Below, piece by piece: positions 1 through 8,241 of a DNA stretch of 54,437 bases. Position 1 is the first letter of the stretch. Each line of letters begins with the position of its first letter. The notes beneath the pieces were generated by a model, which was not told the DNA's origin, ran no database searches, and saw only the letters and a list, made by a program, of their open reading frames with translations. The translations under genes and the position numbers were made by a program. The stretch is from contig JAERRO010000007.1 of NCBI GenBank assembly GCA_016735395.1, positions 1-54,437 of the forward strand, written 5' to 3'. The stretch is from Alphaproteobacteria bacterium. GTDB taxonomy: Bacteria > Pseudomonadota > Alphaproteobacteria > Rs-D84 > JAERRO01.

Positions 1-82
1 AAATTCTACTACAGTTTTAAGAAAAATTATTTTTCCCAGAATCTCCCATATTTTTTTAAAAAATCTCTACCCCCAACCCCCT

Positions 83-119
83 CACAAAACTTGACAAACA
101 AGAATTAAAGCTCAACAGA
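83..119 (+). repeat. 37-nt dispersed repeat containing TTGACA (other copies at 920-956 and 1247-1280)
   Basis: CACAAAACTTGACAAACAAGAATTAAAGCTCAACAGA is identical at 83 and 920 and near-identical at 1247. Confidence 0.9.
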
Positions 120-120
120 C

Positions 121-290
121 ACCCACGAGATATGACGGTTATCCCACGGAGTAATAAAATTTATATATGTATAACAATTATATATGCATAACTATCATAT
201 ATCATAGATATATGATAGTTATTCCACGGAGTAATAATAAAATACATTTTATTATTACGACCCGTCTGCAGAATAATCTGCAGACTTTTT
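121..290 (+). repeat. Structured repeat unit, copy 1 (41-nt leader, two AT-rich hairpins, terminator hairpin); candidate ncRNA
   Basis: 121-161 is identical to 524-564; perfect 16-bp inverted repeat 188-203/207-222; 12-bp stem 231-258; 9-bp stem 264-285 plus T5. Confidence 0.85.
264..290 (+). terminator. Intrinsic terminator-like hairpin (also at 659-685 and 1101-1127)
   Basis: GTCTGCAGA-ATAA-TCTGCAGAC-TTTTT. Confidence 0.65.
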
Positions 291-364
291 AAAACCAGCA
301 ACAAAGCACAAAACAAAAGTCCTTCTCTCCTTCCCAAATTTTCTACTTTTTAATTTAAAAAAAT

Positions 365-393
365 TTGACATTTAAACTAATTCAACCTATACT
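365..393 (+). promoter_or_regulatory. Sigma70-type promoter upstream of repeat copy 2
   Basis: TTGACA (365-370), 17 nt, TATACT (388-393); same hexamers and spacing as the HU promoter. Confidence 0.7.
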
Positions 394-523
394 AAAATAG
401 GTTGTAGAGGAATTTATTCATTTACAACCTACTTATAGACCTTCTAGATACATCAAAATTTATTCTCGCAGAGACTTCGCAAAAAAACACCAACTCAACC
501 TATTATAGAAAATAAGGTCTTAA

Positions 524-685
524 ACCCACGAGATATGACGGTTATCCCACGGAGTAATAAAATTGTAAAATTTATATAAGCATAACAATTATATATCTAT
601 GATATATAATTGTTATTCCACGGAGTGATAAAATTATAAAATAATTTTAGAACGACCCGTCTGCAAAATCCTTTGCAGACTTTTT
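524..685 (+). repeat. Structured repeat unit, copy 2
   Basis: Same leader; 16-bp inverted repeat 582-597/601-616; TAAAATTAT/ATAATTTTA stem within 625-653; stem 659-680 plus T5. Confidence 0.85.
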
Positions 686-985
686 AAAAATATCCCCACC
701 CTACACGATTTCTCAACCTTTCTCCGCCTAGCACAGTCGTTCAACTCCTCGTTTCACAATCTCCCGACCTTTCCACCGCTATCTCTAGATTTTTCCACCG
801 ATCTCCCGATTTTTTTATCTTACCTCCACAATGTTCAAATGTCTCGCCGTCCTCCATTCACGATTATCCGATTTTTCTCCGCCCCTCACGATCCTCCGAC
901 ATCTACCATCTTCACCTCACACAAAACTTGACAAACAAGAATTAAAGCTCAACAGATATACACTCAGCCTATAGTAATATACAGA

Positions 986-1127
986 CATCTCACAAAGTAA
1001 TAAAATTATAGAATTTATATATGCATAACGATTATATATCTATGATATATAATTGTTATTCCGCGGAGTAATAATAAAATACCTTTTATTATTACGACCC
1101 GTCTGCAAAATCCTTTGCAGACTTTTT
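986..1127 (+). repeat. Structured repeat unit, copy 3 (degenerate leader)
   Basis: Inverted repeat 1025-1040/1044-1059 with one G-T pair; stem 1068-1095; stem 1101-1122 plus T5. Confidence 0.85.
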
Positions 1128-1314
1128 CAGATCTTCGATAATATAAAAGACGAAAAAATTACCCCCCTATACTAGATCCGACAGAACGAGAAAAATTTCT
1201 AGTATTCTCTTCCGCAAACTTTCTCCGTTTACCCCCCGCCACACAGCACAAACTTGACAAACAAGAATTAAAGCTCGACAAACACCCACTCAACCTATAG
1301 TAATATGTACGAGT

Positions 1315-2397
1315 TCACAGATCTAGGTATTTATCGAAGTTATCGACGACGAGATGCCCTATTTTATCGAATGTTTTGTTTCCTATTGTCTTTAACTTTT
1401 CGTGATTCAGAAGTTTTTTCATAGTTTCATTAAACACCTTTTGTGTAATTGTATCTTCGTAGAAAATCGCAGATCCGTTTATTTTATGAATTTGCGATGC
1501 ATTTAATTTCTGATGATTTCCGAACGATTTTGAGATAGGGATGATGACTGCGGTTCTTTTCGAAGCTACTATTTCAAAGATTCCTGCTCCGGCTCTAGCG
1601 ATAATGAGGTCGGCCCATTGAAACTGTTTTGGCATATCATAGAAGAATTCGTAGAATTTCACATCTACCTTTGCCTTGTTGTATATATTTTTTGCGATTG
1701 GTCTGCTATCGACTTTCATGGCTTGTCGGATATGTATTTTGCCTCGTAAATTTGGAGTTATTCCTGCGATTAATTTTACTAGGTCGTTCATAAAAAAGCG
1801 AGAGTTTTGCGATCCTGCGACGATCAGAATATTGAAGTCGTCATTTTCGTTACGATCTTTAGATTTGATCTTCAAGAATTCTTTTCTAACGGGCATCCCC
1901 ACATTGTGTTGTGTTATATTTAGTGGTATCCCTGCGGTATTTTTGAAGGAGGTAAATAGTTTTACTTTAATTTTAGGTAATTTTAGGACGAAGGAATTTA
2001 GATTACTTAAAACGGCATTTTGTTCGTGCAGGACGATATTTTGTCCGGTTAGATATCCTGCTAGGACAGTTGGGAAGCTTGCATAGCTTCCGAACGATAT
2101 GACTAAATCAGGTCTTTTTACGATCATCGACAGCACCATACGAACGGAGTATAACCCTGCGACAAGTATCCTTATGACTTTGTTATGTATTTTTCCTACG
2201 AGGAAAGACTTCAACCTCATAGTAATGATATTGGCACCTTTAGGGAAGATATCGTCAAAAAGATTTTTACCTTTGAGATCCGTAGTCATAGTCACCTCGT
2301 ATCCTCTATCTAGAATTGACTTTGCGATAACGGATGCTGGCACGGTATGTCCCCCGCTTCCTCCTGTAGCTATAATAATGTACTTCCGTCTAGTCAT
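1315..2397 (-). CDS. murG: Lipid II GlcNAc transferase MurG
   Basis: TGGSGGH, FGSYASFP, HEQNA, VGMPVR, AGSQ and ARAGA motifs. Confidence 0.95.
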   Translation of the reverse strand: MTRRKYIIIATGGSGGHTVPASVIAKSILDRGYEVTMTTDLKGKNLFDDIFPKGANIITMRLKSFLVGKIHNKVIRILVAGLYSVRMVLSMIVKRPDLVISFGSYASFPTVLAGYLTGQNIVLHEQNAVLSNLNSFVLKLPKIKVKLFTSFKNTAGIPLNITQHNVGMPVRKEFLKIKSKDRNENDDFNILIVAGSQNSRFFMNDLVKLIAGITPNLRGKIHIRQAMKVDSRPIAKNIYNKAKVDVKFYEFFYDMPKQFQWADLIIARAGAGIFEIVASKRTAVIIPISKSFGNHQKLNASQIHKINGSAIFYEDTITQKVFNETMKKLLNHEKLKTIGNKTFDKIGHLVVDNFDKYLDL

Positions 2398-2411
2398 TGT
2401 GAGCGGTCCTT

Positions 2412-3596
2412 TTAAATTAGAGCAAGTTTATTTTCCGTCGCCCACTTTTTTATTTCTGCACTAGGATCTTTTTTACTAGCATCTTCGAAGGTCTTCAGAA
2501 ATTTTTCTACATCTTCTATTTTTTCTATATGAATATCGGTTTTATATATTTTCGACACATCGTGTGCGAGTTGACTATGGAGTATTATAGAGGCACCGCT
2601 ATCCGTGAGAAGTAGTATCTGAAACGAGATATCTTTGTATTTTCTATTGAACCGACGAATATATTTACCCGAGTTAAAAATAGGAGAATCGATCATACTC
2701 CCGGCTTTCGACCATTGAGGATTTTCTTGTAAAGGTGTAATTTTTTCTTCATGTATCCAGTTACCTTTTATATCTATTAAATTTAAGAAAACGACCTTAT
2801 TTTTAGCGGTAGCTATGATTTCGCCATCTAACCCTTGATACCAGTTTAAATTCAGTTTACTATTTTTTGCAAGTTTTATAACTTTATCATTTACGACTTT
2901 GACCTCTTTTACTTTTACTTTTTTCTTTACATCTACTGGAGTCTGAGTCTTAATTTTCCCAATGACATCTTCGAAGTTAGACTTAACCTTCGTGTTAACT
3001 TCAGATTTGATTTTCTCTAGTTCTTTGTTTACTTTGTCCGTCTTCTTGATGATCTTATCTGGTTCTATCGTTTCTGTGGTATTGAGTCCGACGGTTGTGT
3101 CTACAGATATTTTTTTCTTTGCGGGCGGTATTGCGGTACTTTTATTACTATCGAGTCCGGAGTCACGAATAACTTTCTGTTTATATTTTACTCCTACAGG
3201 GATCTCGACTGATTTTATTATCTCATCTTTATTTTTATCGCTACTATTTTCATTTTGTTTTATGATATTATCGTTTCCCTTTTTAAAGAGTTCTAAAAAA
3301 TTACGAAAAACATTTACGGAGAAATTTTTAACGGACTCTAGAATTTTATCAAAGACATTAAAATTGTTCCAAACTTTCCAGAGTTTGATTATTATTATGG
3401 GAGCAGAGAAGACTATACAGTTAAAAAAAATAAAAATGGAGGATGCTAGAAAAAGTTTTTGCGACCAAAGGTTAAAGACATATTCCCAGTGAACTTTATC
3501 GAAGACATCGAATCTAAAAAGAGCCCACAGGATAATGTAATATTGAATACATATAAGAGATAAGAAAATCAGTTTATTAAAGATCGGTTTTAGCAT
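2412..3596 (-). CDS. Hypothetical membrane-anchored protein; Lys-rich linker, possible degenerate NERD-like C-terminal domain
   Basis: Two N-terminal hydrophobic segments; C-terminal ..IKGNWIHEE..PQW..IDSPI pattern; in line between bamD and murG. Confidence 0.6.
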   Translation of the reverse strand: MLKPIFNKLIFLSLICIQYYIILWALFRFDVFDKVHWEYVFNLWSQKLFLASSIFIFFNCIVFSAPIIIIKLWKVWNNFNVFDKILESVKNFSVNVFRNFLELFKKGNDNIIKQNENSSDKNKDEIIKSVEIPVGVKYKQKVIRDSGLDSNKSTAIPPAKKKISVDTTVGLNTTETIEPDKIIKKTDKVNKELEKIKSEVNTKVKSNFEDVIGKIKTQTPVDVKKKVKVKEVKVVNDKVIKLAKNSKLNLNWYQGLDGEIIATAKNKVVFLNLIDIKGNWIHEEKITPLQENPQWSKAGSMIDSPIFNSGKYIRRFNRKYKDISFQILLLTDSGASIILHSQLAHDVSKIYKTDIHIEKIEDVEKFLKTFEDASKKDPSAEIKKWATENKLALI

Positions 3597-4311
3597 ATTT
3601 TGTCCATCGTGAGTTAGGGTATTTATCTTCGAGAGTCTGTAAAAGTTTTCTAGATTCTTCGGTTAGATGCAGTTCTTTGTGTGCTATCATAGATCTATAA
3701 ATTGCCTCTGGTATAACTGAAGATTCTGGATAGAGTTCTATAGCTTTATTGAACCTATGAATAGCTGACGGAAAAAATCCCTTTTTAGAATTATCTACAC
3801 CAATTTTAACAATTTTATATGCCAATATATCTTGAATAAGTTCTCTTCTAAATTTGACATCTGCGATATAAATAGAATCGGGATATAGTTCTATAATTTC
3901 TTGATAGATATCGAAGGCCTTGAGGGCGAAAGTCTGGTCTCTACCGACTTGTTTAATCTGCGATTCGAAAGTTCTGCCCTCTAGATATTTCATATAAAGA
4001 GATTGTTTATGGACGGGGAAAAATTGTGAAAATCTGTCTATTAGGATAAGAGCTTCGGTGTATTCTTTTTTAGAATACAGCAGGTAAGAGGCTCTAATCA
4101 TCGCATAGGAAGACTCAGAGGAATACGGGTAATATTGTTCTATCTTTTTATATTTATCGATAGCTAGAAAAGGTTCATCGTTTAATTCTTTGGCCCGTGC
4201 CTCCTCGTATAACTCCGTTGCCGACAACATTTCAGTCTGATATTGAACTGCACAGGAAGACATAAAGAGACAAATTACAGGGATAAAAAAAAGTTTAACA
4301 AAAATCTTCAT
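3577..4311 (-). CDS. bamD: Outer membrane assembly lipoprotein BamD
   Basis: Lipobox MSSC, YPYS, RF..FP.H, RDQT, YP.S TPR motifs. Confidence 0.93.
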   Translation of the reverse strand: MKIFVKLFFIPVICLFMSSCAVQYQTEMLSATELYEEARAKELNDEPFLAIDKYKKIEQYYPYSSESSYAMIRASYLLYSKKEYTEALILIDRFSQFFPVHKQSLYMKYLEGRTFESQIKQVGRDQTFALKAFDIYQEIIELYPDSIYIADVKFRRELIQDILAYKIVKIGVDNSKKGFFPSAIHRFNKAIELYPESSVIPEAIYRSMIAHKELHLTEESRKLLQTLEDKYPNSRWTKYAKTDL

Positions 4312-4391
4312 AAAGTATACTAGAAGACAAATTCACATAAATCAACAAATTGCAGTTTGACAATATATAGTTGTATGTATAACATAAAAAT

Positions 4392-5876
4392 ATGTCTTTA
4401 TTAAAAAAATCATTTAAGATGAGTATTCTCACTATGTTAAGTCGTTTATTGGGCTTTTTCAAAAGCATAGTATTGGGCAACTATTTCGGGCTATCGGTCT
4501 ATACGGACATAGTAGGTTGGCTAGAAAGAATACATACTAGTGGTATTGTGGTAGGGGATTCAAGTCCATCGGCATTTACTCCACTATATAATAGATCTAG
4601 AAAGAAACTACTATTTTTTCAAAGAATAAGTCTAGTAATTATTATATTAAGTCTTTTGGTAGGGTTGACTTTATATATATTTAAAGGGCCTATTTCCAGC
4701 GGTTTTATAACAAGTTTAGACAGTAGTTATCATAGTATGGCTAGTACCTTATATAATATAATAATTCTAAACACCGTACTATCTATATTCGTTTTATATT
4801 TAATAGGTGTACTAATGATAATAGACAGGTGGAAATTACCTGCGATGTTAGGTCTATTGTCGAATATAATAACATTATCAGTTTTATTTATATTTAAGGA
4901 CAACCCTACGGTATTCTATGCTTTATTTATTAGTTTTACTGTAATAAACATCTTATTTATAAAAACAGGGCTATCAATATTGAAGAAATACAACCTATAT
5001 TTAAGCTTTAACTTTTCTATATTTAAGGGGATAAAAAAGTTAAGTAATTTCTTTAAAATGTACGGGCCGATAATGTCTATAGACTTATTAAAGACGACTC
5101 CAACATTGTTATATGTCTACATAGCTTCATCTCAAATCGGTTATATTACAGCTTTCTCGTATGCATCAAAAATGTACATATTCCCTTATGCAATAATAGG
5201 AGTATCTATTATAGCTTTCCTATTTCCTCTATTAAGCAGGAAGAACAAGTCATTTGTTAAAGGCAAAAGCAGTTCATCAGATTTAATAAATGTCTTTTTA
5301 AAAATAATGCTATTGTACAGCCTCCCTACGATGATAGTCTTACATATATTTAGCGAACCAATGATATCATTTTTATTCGAACGAGGGGAGTTCAGCGGAG
5401 AAGATACATTATTAGTCTCGAGATGTCTACAACTGTTAAGTCTACAGATACCGTTTATGTTTGTAAAATCGTTATTCGATCGGAATATAGTATCTTTATT
5501 AAAGGTAAAAATGTTAACATACTTTCAGTTGCCGATGATAGCATTGTCATTGATACTATTGTATAGTATGTATAGTATAGGTGTATCGCTAGAAAACCTC
5601 TTATATATATTCTTACTTACTAATTGTATAACGGTAGTAGTATTCTTCTATTATCAGCAGAGAATAGGAGTACTATCTTTCAAGGAGAAAGATTACAGGA
5701 AGGTTAGGAGGATACTATTATTACAGGCAGAGTTTGTTCTAGTATGCGGATTGATCTACAGTATGGTTAATTTAAACGATGTTATGTTATTTGGCACATC
5801 TATGATATTTTTAACGGGCTACTATCTATCTAGAGTGATGCACTTGTCTTGTAAAAACAGGATACATACTACATAA
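4392..5876 (+). CDS. murJ: Lipid II flippase MurJ (MviN)
   Basis: N-terminal TMLSRLLGF, LFERGEFS motif, multi-TM, 494 aa. Confidence 0.9.
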   Translation: MSLLKKSFKMSILTMLSRLLGFFKSIVLGNYFGLSVYTDIVGWLERIHTSGIVVGDSSPSAFTPLYNRSRKKLLFFQRISLVIIILSLLVGLTLYIFKGPISSGFITSLDSSYHSMASTLYNIIILNTVLSIFVLYLIGVLMIIDRWKLPAMLGLLSNIITLSVLFIFKDNPTVFYALFISFTVINILFIKTGLSILKKYNLYLSFNFSIFKGIKKLSNFFKMYGPIMSIDLLKTTPTLLYVYIASSQIGYITAFSYASKMYIFPYAIIGVSIIAFLFPLLSRKNKSFVKGKSSSSDLINVFLKIMLLYSLPTMIVLHIFSEPMISFLFERGEFSGEDTLLVSRCLQLLSLQIPFMFVKSLFDRNIVSLLKVKMLTYFQLPMIALSLILLYSMYSIGVSLENLLYIFLLTNCITVVVFFYYQQRIGVLSFKEKDYRKVRRILLLQAEFVLVCGLIYSMVNLNDVMLFGTSMIFLTGYYLSRVMHLSCKNRIHTT

Positions 5877-7083
5877 CCTTTTCTTCACCGAATTGCAGAC
5901 ACCTAATAGCAGAGAATAGCACTCCGAATCCTATACAGTTAGACGAAAAGCTAGAACCTCCATAAGAGATGAAAGGCAAAGTCATACCTTTAGTCGGCAG
6001 TATACCTAGATTTGATCCTACAACGATTACAACTTGAGATATGATAATAGCTGACCACCCTATAGTGAAGAAAAAGGCTACAAATTGATAGAAAGAACGA
6101 CATTTAGCTTGCCTAATTATTCTAAAGATAAATAGAATTATGAAGCTATAGGCACCAAGAATAATTACTGACCCTATGAATCCGAAGTCTTCGACGAAAG
6201 AAGCGAATATGAAATCGTTTACGACATCAGGAATTTTATCTTTATCGAATCCGCTACCTAGCCGACCGAACATATCACCTGCCTGAATAGCGGTTGTAGC
6301 TTTATTTAGTTGATAAGCTTGATCAGGGTTTAGAAATAGTTCTATTCTATGTTTAAAGTGGGGCATAGAGAAAAACATTATTGTTAGGAAAGCTATTGCG
6401 GATAAGAACAGTGCTATTAAGAATCTCCACCTAGCTCCGAAGACAAAAATCATCGATACAAGTGTTATGGTAAAAAGAACTATAGATCCTATATCTGGTT
6501 GTTTTATTAACAGGACGACTTGAGACAGAAAGATGACGGACAGGACGACTTGTCCGACGATTTTTAAATTATGAGAATTATCTCCCCTGAGGAAAGCGAA
6601 GAATTTATTAAAATTTGATTTATATTGAATAACACTTTTCGTACCTTTGAGTTTAAACAATCTAGTAAGTATAAATGCCGATAGGAGGATAAAACTAACC
6701 TTCATAAACTCTGAAGGCTGTATATTAAAGAGAGGAAATCGCAAAGCTCTAGTGGCACCTTTTACATCGTTAGACAGAAAAAATATTGCTATCATTAGAG
6801 CGGAGATTAGAAAGAAGATTATAAAATTAGCCTTCGTAATATTTTTAAATGAGACGGTTGAAACTGCTATACCGGCGACGATACTAAAGACACTGTATAT
6901 AAGATATCTAACAAAAATGAAGTAGTCTGGAATATTATTATTATCTACGAATGCGGGCGAAACTGAAAGCATAGAAAAGAATCCAGCTATTATTAGTACG
7001 AAGATAGGGACTATCAGTTCACGATTGATCTGAAACCACCACCTATGAAATTTAGATCTTGAAGCACGGTTAAACTTTACCAT
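5869..7083 (-). CDS. ftsW: SEDS protein FtsW
   Basis: IQPSEFMK, QPDIG, DFIF, PTKGMTLPFISYGGSS; follows mraY. Confidence 0.93.
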   Translation of the reverse strand: MVKFNRASRSKFHRWWFQINRELIVPIFVLIIAGFFSMLSVSPAFVDNNNIPDYFIFVRYLIYSVFSIVAGIAVSTVSFKNITKANFIIFFLISALMIAIFFLSNDVKGATRALRFPLFNIQPSEFMKVSFILLSAFILTRLFKLKGTKSVIQYKSNFNKFFAFLRGDNSHNLKIVGQVVLSVIFLSQVVLLIKQPDIGSIVLFTITLVSMIFVFGARWRFLIALFLSAIAFLTIMFFSMPHFKHRIELFLNPDQAYQLNKATTAIQAGDMFGRLGSGFDKDKIPDVVNDFIFASFVEDFGFIGSVIILGAYSFIILFIFRIIRQAKCRSFYQFVAFFFTIGWSAIIISQVVIVVGSNLGILPTKGMTLPFISYGGSSFSSNCIGFGVLFSAIRCLQFGEEKVM

Positions 7084-7084
7084 A

Positions 7085-8170
7085 TTATATAACGGCAGTT
7101 AGTCGGAGAGCTATAAAAACGAAGACAGAAGATACGATAGACACGATTGTAAAGATAGTTGCTATTCTATTTCTACTTATCCCTTTCATCTCTAGATGGT
7201 GATGATATGGTGCCATCAGAAAGATCTTTTTTCCCTTTCCGTAGATTATCTTGGTAGACCTAAAGTAGAGAACTTGGAGTAAAGAAGACACAAATTCTAC
7301 TACTAGAATTATGGCAAAGAGGGCAAAAAGTATTTCTTGTTTAATTATGATGGCCGATATAGCGATGAGAGCTCCGACAGAATAACTACCGGAATCGCCC
7401 ATAAATATCTTTGCCGGTTTTGTGTTAAACCACAAAAAAGCTAGCATCATACCTATAGAGCCTAAAAGGGCGACAAAGACTTCTGAAGTTAAATCTAAAA
7501 ATTGCAGGTTAAACATAGTCGCTATATCTATGTTAGATACGATTACGGTTAACACGGCCAAAGATGTCAAAACCGAGATAGCTACTTTACCGGCTTGTCC
7601 GTCGATACCATCAGTAAAGTTGAATCCCGAGACGGTACAGAACATAACGATAAAAACAAAAACGAAATAGAACCAACCTAGATCGACCGCTAAATCTAGA
7701 AACGGTATAAAAACGGTATTAGTAAAAGGATGGATAGCATTGATCGAGACGGCGATAATAAGAGAAAACACGACTTGCATAGCGGTTCTAGATTTGATAG
7801 ACAACCCAGAATTTGATTGGAGATTATCTTTATCTTTATTCTTGAGTTTAAAGAGATCATCTACAAGCCCTATTATTCCGAAGGCTAAAAAGGTACATAT
7901 AATCAAAACAGAAACGGGATTTTTTAGATCCAAAAAGATGAAGGCAGAAATAGGAAAAGCGATTAAAAATGCGATACCGCCGAGTGCTGAAACGGAGTCT
8001 TTATAGCCTCTTATCTTCTCAAGATTTTCTTGAGTGGTTGAGTGAAACTTTTTATTTCTAGTCAGTCTAATTATGACCTTTATCAAGACAAAACTCAAAA
8101 AAAGGCAAAAGAGAAACATCAATCCCCCACGAATTATATCGTTATCCATCATTTTAAAAGACATAGGCAT
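7085..8170 (-). CDS. mraY: Phospho-MurNAc-pentapeptide transferase MraY
   Basis: GLVDD, NFTDGIDG, PAKIFMGDSGS, APYHHHLE. Confidence 0.97.
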   Translation of the reverse strand: MPMSFKMMDNDIIRGGLMFLFCLFLSFVLIKVIIRLTRNKKFHSTTQENLEKIRGYKDSVSALGGIAFLIAFPISAFIFLDLKNPVSVLIICTFLAFGIIGLVDDLFKLKNKDKDNLQSNSGLSIKSRTAMQVVFSLIIAVSINAIHPFTNTVFIPFLDLAVDLGWFYFVFVFIVMFCTVSGFNFTDGIDGQAGKVAISVLTSLAVLTVIVSNIDIATMFNLQFLDLTSEVFVALLGSIGMMLAFLWFNTKPAKIFMGDSGSYSVGALIAISAIIIKQEILFALFAIILVVEFVSSLLQVLYFRSTKIIYGKGKKIFLMAPYHHHLEMKGISRNRIATIFTIVSIVSSVFVFIALRLTAVI

Positions 8171-8241
8171 CTCCTAAATTGAGGGGTATACTATTATGCA
8201 TATGATAACGGTTAAAAGAATTGGAAGTCAATAAAAACATC

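Noticed and set aside
138-1074. Canonical oriC with DnaA boxes
   Set aside because: TTATCCCAC/TTATTCCAC only loosely resemble TTWTNCACA (two or more mismatches or a shift), and no dnaA, hemE or parAB is adjacent. Kept only as an alternative hypothesis.
83-1310. CRISPR array
   Set aside because: Repeats are irregularly spaced, the intervening sequences are homologous hairpins rather than unique spacers, and there are no cas genes in the window.
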